Assembly (NCBI GenBank): GCA_964416195.1
Contig: CAYQDB010000006.1
Location: 60,765-124,764 of the forward strand
Direction: 5' to 3'
DNA length: 64,000 bases
Source: an uncultured Ignavibacteriales bacterium
GTDB taxonomy: Bacteria > Zixibacteria > MSB-5A5 > GN15 > FEB-12
In this document: positions 28,154-37,613 of the stretch, piece by piece
Layout of the letters: every line of letters starts with the position of its first letter
How positions within the stretch are numbered: the first letter of the stretch is position 1
The notes under the pieces: model-generated
Told to the model about the DNA's origin: nothing
Database searches by the model: none
What the model saw: the letters and a program-made list of their open reading frames with translations, nothing else
Program-made: the position numbers and the translations under genes

Positions 28154-29158
28154 TCACAGGTTGACCGGCGCGCCGCCTGCTTCCAGTGACTTCTGCGCTG
28201 CATCCAGAACTCTCAGCACTCTAAGGCCTTCTACACCGTCTGAACGAGGCCGTTCCCGTTTCTCGATACAGTGCAAGAAATGGCGGCACTCGTCAGCCAG
28301 CGGTTCCGAGGATTTGATCTGGGGGATAAGAATGTCACCGGTACGTATCGAAAGGTATTCACCGTAGGTTTCATAGTCCTGCCGGGTGGCCACGCCCTTG
28401 TCGTACAGGCGGATTTTTTCACCGGCATGACTATCGTCGAATACGGCCATCTTCTTGGAGCCGACGACGACCAGCCTCCGATCTTTGTGGGGGTCAAGCC
28501 AACTGATATGGATATGTGCCATGGTACCGTCGCCGAAGTGGAGAGTTGTAAAGACAACGTCCTCAATGCCGGGCTGAAGGTACGCCGAGCCGGTTGCGGT
28601 TACCCGGACGGGGTCCTTGTCCAGTAGATACAAAATGATGGAGATATCGTGTGGGGCAAACGACCAGAGGGCGTTTTCAATTTCACGCACCTTACCCAGG
28701 TTAACCCGGCTGGCGTACAGGTAGTAGACCCGACCCAACGCACCCTCGTCAATCCGCGATTTCAGGTAGAGAGTGGCCGGATGGTAGACCATGATGTGTC
28801 CGACCATCAGGATGCGGTTGGCATTCTCCGCTGCTTCAACGAGCTTCTCTCCATCTGCCACTGACAGCACCAGAGGCTTTTCCACAAAGACGTCCTTGCC
28901 TCCCTCTATGGCAGACATGGCCATCTTGAAGTGTTCGGCTGGTGGCGTAGCCAGGATGACGGCTTCGATATCGTCTCGCCTAAGAATATCATCGTAGCTG
29001 GCGGTGGTCTCTACACCGGCATAGTTTGCCTTTGCATAGTCCAGCCTCTTTTCGTTCTTATCGCACACCAGGACCAGGTGTCCTCCTGACAGATTGTAGA
29101 AGTTGCGCAGGAGGTTCTTGCCCCAGGCTCCGATTCCGGCGATGGCTATGTTTTTCAT
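28154..29158 (-). CDS. Gfo/Idh/MocA-family NAD-dependent sugar oxidoreductase (WbpB-like)
   Basis: The N-terminal Rossmann motif is IAIAGIGAWGKN, and EKPL is present (FVEKPLVLS). 334 aa. Confidence 0.85.
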   Translation of the reverse strand: MKNIAIAGIGAWGKNLLRNFYNLSGGHLVLVCDKNEKRLDYAKANYAGVETTASYDDILRRDDIEAVILATPPAEHFKMAMSAIEGGKDVFVEKPLVLSVADGEKLVEAAENANRILMVGHIMVYHPATLYLKSRIDEGALGRVYYLYASRVNLGKVREIENALWSFAPHDISIILYLLDKDPVRVTATGSAYLQPGIEDVVFTTLHFGDGTMAHIHISWLDPHKDRRLVVVGSKKMAVFDDSHAGEKIRLYDKGVATRQDYETYGEYLSIRTGDILIPQIKSSEPLADECRHFLHCIEKRERPRSDGVEGLRVLRVLDAAQKSLEAGGAPVNL

Positions 29159-29184
29159 ACTTTCTTATACCTACAATTACCGAT

Positions 29185-30390
29185 TTACTTATTGTTTACT
29201 TTCTTTACCCCTGGCAGCCACCCGAAGAAGGCTTTGCCAAAAAGCGCCATCCGGGCGTAGTCCTCAGGGTTCCTCTGCTTCAACCGAGCTGTGTATTCAA
29301 GAAATGCTGCTATGAGAACAGCAAGAAGCACCGAAAAACCGAAAGTGCCGCCAACAATCAGGAGCCGTTTGGGTCTGCTTTTTGTCTCCGGCGGCTTGGC
29401 CCGATCCAGCACGGATATAGTCGACGATTCTTCGTTTTCCTGTATTTTTGCCTGTTCCAGTTGTTCCAGCAGAGTCCGGTACAGGGACTCGCTGACCCTG
29501 ACCCGGCTGTACAGAGCCTCGTACTGTCCTCGTAAGCCCGGGATTGAAGCAACCGGCAGAGAAAAGAACGAGCTGTCGGGATTTGATTTCTCCAGTTGTG
29601 TGAGCTGTTCGCTGACCAGGTGCCGGCGTCGTCGTAGTTCAACAAGTTCCGTGTTATCTTTGGAAAGATTCTTTTCACGCATTTTCAGCTCGATGTCCAG
29701 CTCAGCCAGGTTTATTTTAAGTTTGATAGCCTGCTCCACGGCAAGCCTGGTCTGCTCATCGAAGTCGACGGCTCTATTTTGCAACTGGAAGTCCTCAAAC
29801 TCTTTCCGGGCGGAGTCGAGCTCCAGCCTGACCTGAGCAAGTCTCCCTTCAATGAAGCTCCGGTTTTTATGAACTCTCTCGGAGGAAATCTGCCGGTTGA
29901 CTCGGTCCAGTTCGTCCACAAATGTATTGGCGATGCCTGCGGCTATGTTGGGATCCCTGTCCTCAACTGAAATCAGGAGAAGGCCCTCGTCGGTGACTTT
30001 GAACTCTGATCGGTTCATCAATTCCTTGTAGGTCTGCTTGAAATTGTCAGTGCCAAACCTAATCTTCAGATCAAACTTCTCGATAACCTGTTCTGCAATC
30101 GTTCGGCTTTTTAGCATCCGGGCATAGACATCGGAGGAAGTTACCATGACGGGAAGGTCGAGTCCTTTCGTGACCGATACCACCTCCGACAACTGGGATA
30201 GGCCCGGCACCGGCGTTGAGAGGTCCTTGGGAGGAAGAAGTAGAGCCATTGCCTGGTACCATTTGGGGAGCACCAGCGCCACGACAACGGATAGAAGCGT
30301 CGCTACAACTACAACCGTAATGATAAATGCCCGCCGTTTGGCCAGGAGCTCCAGAAGCAGCCAGAAATTGTTCGATTGGGATTGGCTCAC
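29185..30390 (-). CDS. polysaccharide chain-length determinant (Wzz/GumC-like) protein without kinase domain
   Basis: 401 aa. It has an N-terminal TM segment (IITVVVVATLLSVVVALVLPKWY), a long periplasmic coiled coil and a C-terminal TM segment (LLIVGGTFGFSVLLAVLIAAF). There is no Walker A tyrosine-kinase module. Confidence 0.75.
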   Translation of the reverse strand: MSQSQSNNFWLLLELLAKRRAFIITVVVVATLLSVVVALVLPKWYQAMALLLPPKDLSTPVPGLSQLSEVVSVTKGLDLPVMVTSSDVYARMLKSRTIAEQVIEKFDLKIRFGTDNFKQTYKELMNRSEFKVTDEGLLLISVEDRDPNIAAGIANTFVDELDRVNRQISSERVHKNRSFIEGRLAQVRLELDSARKEFEDFQLQNRAVDFDEQTRLAVEQAIKLKINLAELDIELKMREKNLSKDNTELVELRRRRHLVSEQLTQLEKSNPDSSFFSLPVASIPGLRGQYEALYSRVRVSESLYRTLLEQLEQAKIQENEESSTISVLDRAKPPETKSRPKRLLIVGGTFGFSVLLAVLIAAFLEYTARLKQRNPEDYARMALFGKAFFGWLPGVKKVNNK

Positions 30391-31733
30391 TTGAGCTCCT
30401 CGCGGATGTTGACAATGACATCGTCGCCGTCATGAACAAGCACTTCGGGCGAGAAGGATGAGGTTATTCTGGAGACGCGGTTGTAAATATCGATCTGGCT
30501 CCGGTTGGCTGTTTGGAGGAAGCCGCCGGCGACATTGATGTAGAATATGGCGTCCTTATTCTCAACAAATGGGAGCAGCCCCGGATTGCGAACTTCGCCA
30601 CTCACCTTTACATATCCTACTTTGACCGGAACAAAGACGGAATCGAACGGTTGGAGACGTATCACTTCTACCTTGTCGTGACCTTTGACAACGTTGGAGA
30701 TCGGGTACCTGATGCTTGTAGTTCGTCCCCACTCGTCTACCTCCGCTTTTCGGAAGACGGTGGTCCGGCTATGGCTCGCATGGGGAGCAAAACCACCAGC
30801 CTGTTGAATGAGTTCTTGAAGCGTTATACCATCCCGGTACTCATACTTGCCGGGGGCAGAAATGGCGCCGAATATGATCAGCAAGCCAGACTTGCTCTTT
30901 TCCTCTTTGGGCGGTACCAGTATGATGTCACCAGCTCTAATGTCCTGGCTTTGGCCTGAGCTTTTCCTGTGCTCGCCGATGATCCGAATCGAGTTGACAT
31001 CGCCCTTGCTGCATACGCCGCCGGCGAGGGCCAGAAGCAAATCCAGATCGTCACCAGGCTTGAGTTCTATTTCCCGAGGGCTGTTAACCTCACCCACCAC
31101 CTGTACCAACTCACCTGACTTACTGGGCACATAAATGCTGTAACCGGCGTACAGGCATGGGTTGGCAGCGTTGTCCCCCAAGAAGCCTGCCCTGTCCAGA
31201 TCGACGACTATTTCCTGCGGTCCGCCGGAGAAGACGATCCACCTATGAGACCCGGTGCAGGTGATCCCTCCCGCCGAATCGATTACTTCCGAGACCCGTT
31301 GGGAAGTATAGGCAGTGTACAGGCCAGAGGATGTGACGGCGCCGCTGACGAGTATACCGACTTTTGCAGGTTTGGTCACTGAGATGGCAATTTCTTCAAC
31401 GTTGTACAGCTTCTGCAGAGCTTCTCGAAGAAGACCTTTCGCTTCAGACAAAGTCTTGTGGGAAAGGTCAAACAGTCCCAGCGTGGCGTCGACAACCTTG
31501 CCTTCGGGGTTGACAGAGAGCGTCAGGGGGGCGAGTTTAGCCTTGATAAATGTTACCACCAGTTCGTCGCCAGGCCGAATCAGGTAGATTTCCTGATCTA
31601 TGGGCTGATCGAAATACCTGTAGTTGTCGACCATACCGACCCCGACGCTGTCGGACATGGGCAGCACCTGTCCGAGTATGGACGAACTCAGTAAAAAACA
31701 GGCCACATTCAGTACAGCTGAAAGGATTCTCAA
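30387..31733 (-). CDS. polysaccharide export protein (Wza-like, Poly_export + SLBB repeats)
   Basis: 448 aa with a signal peptide. It has YLIRPGDELVVTF and repeated SLBB-like blocks (VSGAVTSSGLY, VVGEVNSPREIELKPG, VSGEVRNPGLLPF). It overlaps the wzz-like gene by 4 nt. Confidence 0.8.
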   Translation of the reverse strand: MRILSAVLNVACFLLSSSILGQVLPMSDSVGVGMVDNYRYFDQPIDQEIYLIRPGDELVVTFIKAKLAPLTLSVNPEGKVVDATLGLFDLSHKTLSEAKGLLREALQKLYNVEEIAISVTKPAKVGILVSGAVTSSGLYTAYTSQRVSEVIDSAGGITCTGSHRWIVFSGGPQEIVVDLDRAGFLGDNAANPCLYAGYSIYVPSKSGELVQVVGEVNSPREIELKPGDDLDLLLALAGGVCSKGDVNSIRIIGEHRKSSGQSQDIRAGDIILVPPKEEKSKSGLLIIFGAISAPGKYEYRDGITLQELIQQAGGFAPHASHSRTTVFRKAEVDEWGRTTSIRYPISNVVKGHDKVEVIRLQPFDSVFVPVKVGYVKVSGEVRNPGLLPFVENKDAIFYINVAGGFLQTANRSQIDIYNRVSRITSSFSPEVLVHDGDDVIVNIREELK

Positions 31734-31810
31734 TAGCTACTCCACAAATGGCCGATTTGTTCGGTCCACTTCAATTCAAACGGCAACAATAGGTAAAACG
31801 TTCGGGAAAG

Positions 31811-33544
31811 TCAACCGCTATCGAGATAACCTGTAGCGGTTGCTCTCTTGACTCGGCGGCATCGCCAGACAGCAATGAATGCCAACACCGACACTATCGA
31901 TAGAGCCAGCCCAGCAAAAAAATAGGGAGGGCGGTATTCTAGTATGACCTTCTGCGGCCCGCCACGAAAGCCGAAAGTTATCAAGTTCTGCTCCTGCCAG
32001 AGCCGCCGACCGTCGGTGGTGTGCCAGCCCGGGTCATACCCCATGCTGATGACCATTTCGCCTGGTTGCTGGCCGTTGATTTCGTACGTGATTTTGTTCG
32101 GCGTGTAATACCGATGTATAATCTGTGACTTCCCATTAAGAACGTATTCCATGAGCACGCTTTCGTGGGCAGCTACCAACCCCCTGCTTGGGTGGTATGC
32201 CGATAGCCAGTTTGTCACCAGCGAACCACGATTGGCCAGGTAGTTTTCGTAGGTTTTTGAACCGTCGTCGATAACATGGGTAAAAATCGGCGATCGAGAG
32301 ACTTTTTGTGGTCGCTGTGTGAAGGCGCTGTTCATGATTGGCCAGACGAGTACCAGATTCGTAACTATGACAATCATAGCCACAGCATTGAGAGCACAGA
32401 CCATCAATTTCCGGCGTTGGTAGTTATCAATTCTCTTCCTGATCCAATCAAAGCCGAAGCCACCCAAGATAGAAACGGACAGAATCACAAACTGGAACGC
32501 CCGGCCGGTGCATCGGGCCGATGAAAATCCGGGCAGATGGGTCAGAAGCGACCAGGGTGACAGAGTGCCGAAGTTGCCCAGACCTACCATCAAGAAGCAT
32601 AGACCCACAACCAACCAGGACCAGCGCCGCCTGAAGTTGGCAAGTAGACCGATCAGAGCCAGAACCACAAGGAGGGGGGAGAGGTAGGCGCCGTACTCAT
32701 GCCAGTTCCAGTACTGCTGGGGGAAGTTTCTGGCAAAAAGTGACTGATTCAGGCTGAAGAAGATTGTTCCCAGGGCGCTGATAGGGATCGATTCGTCGGG
32801 AGCACCCTTCCATTTGTTCTGGGCCATGTATGCCACCATGGGGACAAACTTGACCGCCGCCAGACCCAACCCAGCCAGCACGGAAAACAGGAGGTTTTTC
32901 AGTTCGGCAAAATTTCGGTTCTCAATTGAACGCAGTCCAAAGAACAAGATGGAAAACGTAAAAGTATACAAAAGCGGTACGGCTGCGCCGTTGCCGAGCG
33001 TCATCAGGGCGAGAGTGCCCCCAGCAAGGAGGATGCCCAGTTTTCGCCGTTGTGCAATTATCACAAAATGGAGGAACCAGGGCAGAAAACAGTAGTGCGT
33101 AAACGGCATGTGCCCTTCTGCAAAGTGCAGCGCAAAATGCACCGAACCAAAATAGGCAAGGGTCGTCATGACTGCCGCCCACCTTGATACTCCCAGCGAT
33201 ATCGCCAGCCGGTGGCTCCCCCAGAAGCCGAGGAAATAGCAGATCAGAACCTGGAGTTTGAGCCCGACGACAGCGCCAAAGATCAAGTACAGCAGAAGAA
33301 ATGGGGAAAGCACAGCCACTTCGGGATGATGAAATAGGATATTCCCACCGGCCAGGTAAGGATTCCAGAAAGGGAACTGGTGGTAGTGTACAAGGCTGCC
33401 GACCGGCACGGCGGCAACCGTCGTAAACAGGTCCCAATCACGTACCCCCCAATAGTCATACTTCAGAAGGAAAGGAAGCGTATAGTAGGCGGCCAGAAAG
33501 AAAAAAGTCGCGGGGAGCAAGAGTTTTGACTTTTTGAATGCCAT
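31811..33544 (-). CDS. polytopic membrane protein, YfhO/GT-C-like glycosyltransferase candidate
   Basis: 577 aa with more than 10 predicted TM segments. The N-terminal motif is FPFWNPYLAGGNILFHHP. Confidence 0.55.
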   Translation of the reverse strand: MAFKKSKLLLPATFFFLAAYYTLPFLLKYDYWGVRDWDLFTTVAAVPVGSLVHYHQFPFWNPYLAGGNILFHHPEVAVLSPFLLLYLIFGAVVGLKLQVLICYFLGFWGSHRLAISLGVSRWAAVMTTLAYFGSVHFALHFAEGHMPFTHYCFLPWFLHFVIIAQRRKLGILLAGGTLALMTLGNGAAVPLLYTFTFSILFFGLRSIENRNFAELKNLLFSVLAGLGLAAVKFVPMVAYMAQNKWKGAPDESIPISALGTIFFSLNQSLFARNFPQQYWNWHEYGAYLSPLLVVLALIGLLANFRRRWSWLVVGLCFLMVGLGNFGTLSPWSLLTHLPGFSSARCTGRAFQFVILSVSILGGFGFDWIRKRIDNYQRRKLMVCALNAVAMIVIVTNLVLVWPIMNSAFTQRPQKVSRSPIFTHVIDDGSKTYENYLANRGSLVTNWLSAYHPSRGLVAAHESVLMEYVLNGKSQIIHRYYTPNKITYEINGQQPGEMVISMGYDPGWHTTDGRRLWQEQNLITFGFRGGPQKVILEYRPPYFFAGLALSIVSVLAFIAVWRCRRVKRATATGYLDSG

Positions 33545-34704
33545 ACTTTGTGATAAGTTATCAAATCGCTATGCGTTCCGGCAACTTAATGAACTATTCC
33601 TACTTCAAAAGCAAACGCTTTTTGCTGCCTACCTTGCTGTGGGTAGCATTTATTCTGTTTTACATTGTCCTTTTTGAGGTAGGAGAGTCAAAGTACTACT
33701 CTCTGACAAGAACGCTGATCCAGTGGGACGGCCAGCACTACCTGTCGATTGCGCGTGACGGTTATGAGAAATTCCCCTGCCCCTGGAACTCGAGAAATAT
33801 CTGCGGTAATATCGGTTGGTTTCCGTTTTACCCGCTTTTGGGGCGAGTCGCTGCACGGCTTGTTGGCGTGGTGGGTCTTGATGTTCCGGTGGCCATCATC
33901 GCCGTCAGTTGGCTGGCTTTCTGGCTGGCGCTGCTGGTTATGTACCGGCTTGTTGAATATAGATTTGATCCGAAAACGGCTCTTTTTTCGCTGCTGGCTC
34001 TACTTGTTTTCCCTTCGTCATTTTACTTCCTGACCGGTTTTCCTTATTCGGTTTACCTGCTGCTGGCCGTGCTGGTGTTGTACCTGCTGGAAAAAGAATG
34101 GTACGCCGCTGTAATCCTGCCAGCCGGTTTGGTGGCCATTACCTATCCCTCCGGAGTCGTCATTGGCCTACCGATTTTGTTTACGTTGGTCTGGAAATGG
34201 AAGCAACTCAACCAGCGAGAAAAACTATCGCTCCTCTCTGCCCTCATAGCTATTGGGCTGGCCCTGTTTCTATATGCCGGCTACTACTGGTGGAAATTCG
34301 ATGACTTCTTTTTGTATCAGCGCTTTCAGGCCCAGAGCTACTATGCCCACCAACTGACATTGCCAATCTTGCCTATTATCGAAGCCTTGCTACACCTGAA
34401 ATGGGAAACCCCGGTGTTTGTCATACTGCTGTTTACCCTGGGTGTGGTGGCGCTGTTCTATTCGCGGAAGATACCGGCCTCGTGGCAGTTGTTGATGTTC
34501 GGCATCTTGTTGTTCACGCCGACATTTGGAACCACTATGTGTTACTACCGGCATATCGTGGCGGCCTTTCCGCTCTTTGCCATGATCGGTGTTTCCGTGA
34601 ACTCCCCCCGGCGCAGATTTCTGCTGATTCCGTATGTTCTTGTCGCGCTTGTTTTGGGTTGGAGGGTTTTTCTCTCCGCTTACAAAGCCGGGATGCTGAT
34701 GTAA
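33538..34704 (+). CDS. polytopic membrane protein, PIG-V/GT-C-like mannosyltransferase candidate
   Basis: 388-aa multi-TM protein with the motif QWDGQHYLSIARDGYE, typical of PIG-V-like GT-C enzymes. The true start is probably an internal Met (33571 or 33589). Confidence 0.55.
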   Translation: MPYFVISYQIAMRSGNLMNYSYFKSKRFLLPTLLWVAFILFYIVLFEVGESKYYSLTRTLIQWDGQHYLSIARDGYEKFPCPWNSRNICGNIGWFPFYPLLGRVAARLVGVVGLDVPVAIIAVSWLAFWLALLVMYRLVEYRFDPKTALFSLLALLVFPSSFYFLTGFPYSVYLLLAVLVLYLLEKEWYAAVILPAGLVAITYPSGVVIGLPILFTLVWKWKQLNQREKLSLLSALIAIGLALFLYAGYYWWKFDDFFLYQRFQAQSYYAHQLTLPILPIIEALLHLKWETPVFVILLFTLGVVALFYSRKIPASWQLLMFGILLFTPTFGTTMCYYRHIVAAFPLFAMIGVSVNSPRRRFLLIPYVLVALVLGWRVFLSAYKAGMLM

Positions 34705-34708
34705 GCGG

Positions 34709-35167
34709 CTATTTGGTCAGGCGGAAGTCGTAAATCATCGTGTCGGTATGTTCATTCATGGAACTGGAGTCGATCCAGGTGAATGGATGCGCGCTCGGTC
34801 CTAGGTAAAGACTGTCTCCTCTAAACACGGACTTGAATTCACCTTGGGGAACTTTAATACTGTCACAGTTCTGATGATCAGTGGAAGTTGGTGTCAGCCT
34901 TAATATATTGGTACCGAAACCGACGACTTTCCCGCGAGAGCTGCAAAGGTTGCTTTCGTTGGTAATATGCTCCAGCCTGTAGATGCTCCCGTCAACCGTA
35001 AGAACCACCGTGTCAGTATAATGATACGTATATGGAGGAAGCTCTTTGATCTCAGCAATTGCCAGTTCCCCTGAGAACACCTCAACTTCGGGTGGGGACG
35101 ATTCGTCTTCGCACCCGGCCAGAACCGACCCCAGAAGTATCAGGACAACAAGTCTCGCTGGCATCAT
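34709..35167 (-). CDS. small lipoprotein, uncharacterised family (paralogue 1)
   Basis: Lipobox LLGSVLAGC. I trimmed the start to ATG ATG (35167/35164) behind GGAGG. The first 15 codons of the track ORF lie inside the MITE-like element. It is a paralogue of 35385-35840. Confidence 0.65.
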   Translation of the reverse strand: MMPARLVVLILLGSVLAGCEDESSPPEVEVFSGELAIAEIKELPPYTYHYTDTVVLTVDGSIYRLEHITNESNLCSSRGKVVGFGTNILRLTPTSTDHQNCDSIKVPQGEFKSVFRGDSLYLGPSAHPFTWIDSSSMNEHTDTMIYDFRLTK

Positions 35168-35181
35168 CCGCCTCCGCTCTT

Positions 35182-35332
35182 GGGCGTGTTGAAAAAGTAC
35201 TTTCCTGGTCATTGCGAGTCCACCTTTGGCGGACGTGGCAATCTCGAATATTGAATGCCAACGAGATAGCCACGTCGTCCAGCAGCAGCCGGACTCCTCG
35301 CTATGACGCTTTCTATGTTTTTCAACAAGCCC
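35182..35332. repeat. MITE-like palindromic element (termini GGGCGTGTTGAAAAA / TTTTTCAACAAGCCC)
   Basis: The terminal inverted repeats match at 14 of 15 positions. Nested internal inverted repeats are GTCATTGCGAGTCC...GGACTCCTCGCTATGAC and GTGGCAATCTCG...CGAGATAGCCAC. Confidence 0.65.
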
Positions 35333-35384
35333 TTTTGTAACGGCAACTGGGCAAGGCGCCGTCGGCTAAGCCGATCCGCAATAC

Positions 35385-35840
35385 TCATTTTGATAGCCGA
35401 AATGTAAAACAGAATCGATCTGTATACTGTTGATCGTCTACAGTTACAACGTACTCAATGGTGTCGGGGCCAAGTCTGAGGCTGTCTCCCTTAAAAGCTG
35501 CTTTGAATTGGCCCTGGGGCACATGAGAGGAATCGCAGGCGAACTTGGGGATAATGAAGACTCGTATCAGTCTAATTAGATTACTGCCAAAGTTATCAAC
35601 GGTTCCCCCGGAACTACACAGGCCGCTGTTGAAAGTAATATGTTTTAGAAAGTACTGGTTGCCCTCGACCGTAAACGCCACTGAATCGATGCTGGTATTC
35701 GTGTATGGGTTAGCGTCCTGTAAGTCTTTAACTTCCAGTTCTCCGGAGAATACCTCAACTGCCGGCGGCTGTTCCGAATTGTCCCCACAGCCGATCGAAA
35801 ACATCATCACCAGAGCCACAACAAGGCTCCTGATTTTCAC
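35385..35840 (-). CDS. small lipoprotein, uncharacterised family (paralogue 2)
   Basis: GTG start 6 nt after GGAGG. Lipobox MMFSIGC. It shares the blocks VEVFSGEL, LCSS.G.V..FG.N..RL, VPQG.FK..F.GDSL.LGP and F.FRL(T/S)K with 34709-35167. Confidence 0.7.
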   Translation of the reverse strand: MKIRSLVVALVMMFSIGCGDNSEQPPAVEVFSGELEVKDLQDANPYTNTSIDSVAFTVEGNQYFLKHITFNSGLCSSGGTVDNFGSNLIRLIRVFIIPKFACDSSHVPQGQFKAAFKGDSLRLGPDTIEYVVTVDDQQYTDRFCFTFRLSK

Positions 35841-35927
35841 TTAACACCTCCAGGTCGATAGCCCCATACTATATAACGCAGCAGGTGCGTTGGATGTTTG
35901 AAGCAAAATAGGTGGAGTTTGAATTTG

Positions 35928-37604
35928 TTACAGACCGCTATCGGTAACATCGGACGGTTCGTTCTCCTCGGGTACGCTTTCGACCTTTCTCTGGCGGCTG
36001 TATTCGACCGCTGCCCTGACAAACTCACGGAACAAAGGGTGCGCTCGGGTGGGGCGGGATTTCAATTCGGGGTGGAACTGCACCGCCACAAACCATCGAT
36101 GCGACGGTACCTCCGCAACTTCCACCAGCCGCTCATCCGGAGAAAGTCCCGATAGAAGTAACCCCTTTTCCGTCAGCATTTCGCGGTAGGCATTGTTCAC
36201 CTCGTAGCGGTGGCGGTGACGCTCGGATATTTCCTTCCGGCCATAGGCCTCGTAGGTTTTTGACCCCTCTGTTAGGATACAGGGATACGCCCCCAGGCGC
36301 ATAGTGCCGCCCAGTTCAGTGACCCCTTCCTGGTCAGCCATGAGGTGGATGACGGGATGTTTCAAGTCACGGTAGAATTCGTAGCTGTGGGCGTCGGATA
36401 AACCACAGACATTGCGGGCAAATTCGATTACGGCGCACTGCATGCCGAGGCATATCCCCAAAAAGGGAATGTTGTTCTCTCGCACGTAGTGAATAGCCTC
36501 AATTTTTCCTTCGACGCCGCGTTCCCCAAAACCTCCGGGAATGAGGAGGCCGTCGACATCCTGCAGGAGTCTCTCCGCCCCGCTGCGCTTGATGTCCTCG
36601 GAGCTCACCCAGACCAGCCTGACCTCTGCGTCGCTGTGTACCCCAGCATGAACGAATGCCTCGATGATGGATTTGTAGGCATCTTTCAGGGTAACGTACT
36701 TACCGCAGACGGCAATCGTTGTATGATGATTGGGATTATTGATTTTCTCGACCATCTGTTCCCACTCTGCCATGTCCGGCAGGGGGATCTTCCAGCCGAA
36801 GTGCTCACACATAATGTCGTCCAGACCCTGCTTGTGGAACTTCAGCGGCACTTCATAGATAGTCTCCACGTCCTGAGCAACGATTACGGACAACGTTGGG
36901 ACCGAGCAGAACAGACTGATTTTCTGCCGTAGACTGTCGGAAATCGACTGTGCAGAGCGGCATAGCAACATGTCCGGCTGGATGCCGATCTCCCTAAGTG
37001 CGCGCACAGAGTGCTGAGTGGGCTTAGTCTTAAACTCGCCGGCTGTGGGAATAAAGGGAACAAGCGTGACATGGACATACATTGTATTGCGGCGACCGAT
37101 TTCCAAGCCTATCTGGCGGATTGCCTCTAAAAACGGCAAGGACTCGATGTCACCGACTGTACCACCAATCTCAGCCACGACCACGTCCGGCCTCTGTGGG
37201 GCGTGTTCCAGCTTCCTGATACGGCTCTTTATCTCCTCAGTGACATGGGGAATTACCTGCACGGTCGCGCCGAGGTAATCACCGCGGCGTTCCCTGGTTA
37301 TGATGGTGTTGTAGATTTGACCCGTAGTGACATTGTTATCTTTGGTAAGTGATTGATCCAGAAAGCGCTCGTAGTGCCCTAAGTCAAGATCGGTTTCGGA
37401 GCCGTCGTCGAGCACGAAAACCTCGCCGTGCTGGAAAGGGTTCATCGTTCCGGGGTCAACGTTGAGGTAGGGATCAAGTTTGAGATTACAGACCCTCAGC
37501 CCTCGTTTTTGCAGTAATAGGCCGATTGAGGCTGAAGCAATCCCCTTGCCGAGCGCTGATACTACGCCGCCGGTTACGAAAATGTATTTGGTCTTCTCGG
37601 ACAT
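35928..37604 (-). CDS. pyrG: CTP synthase
   Basis: 558 aa. Motifs are [16 protein letters not shown], the GATase region GICLGMQ, and HRHRYE. Confidence 0.97.
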   Translation of the reverse strand: MSEKTKYIFVTGGVVSALGKGIASASIGLLLQKRGLRVCNLKLDPYLNVDPGTMNPFQHGEVFVLDDGSETDLDLGHYERFLDQSLTKDNNVTTGQIYNTIITRERRGDYLGATVQVIPHVTEEIKSRIRKLEHAPQRPDVVVAEIGGTVGDIESLPFLEAIRQIGLEIGRRNTMYVHVTLVPFIPTAGEFKTKPTQHSVRALREIGIQPDMLLCRSAQSISDSLRQKISLFCSVPTLSVIVAQDVETIYEVPLKFHKQGLDDIMCEHFGWKIPLPDMAEWEQMVEKINNPNHHTTIAVCGKYVTLKDAYKSIIEAFVHAGVHSDAEVRLVWVSSEDIKRSGAERLLQDVDGLLIPGGFGERGVEGKIEAIHYVRENNIPFLGICLGMQCAVIEFARNVCGLSDAHSYEFYRDLKHPVIHLMADQEGVTELGGTMRLGAYPCILTEGSKTYEAYGRKEISERHRHRYEVNNAYREMLTEKGLLLSGLSPDERLVEVAEVPSHRWFVAVQFHPELKSRPTRAHPLFREFVRAAVEYSRQRKVESVPEENEPSDVTDSGL

Positions 37605-37613
37605 ACGCCTTCC

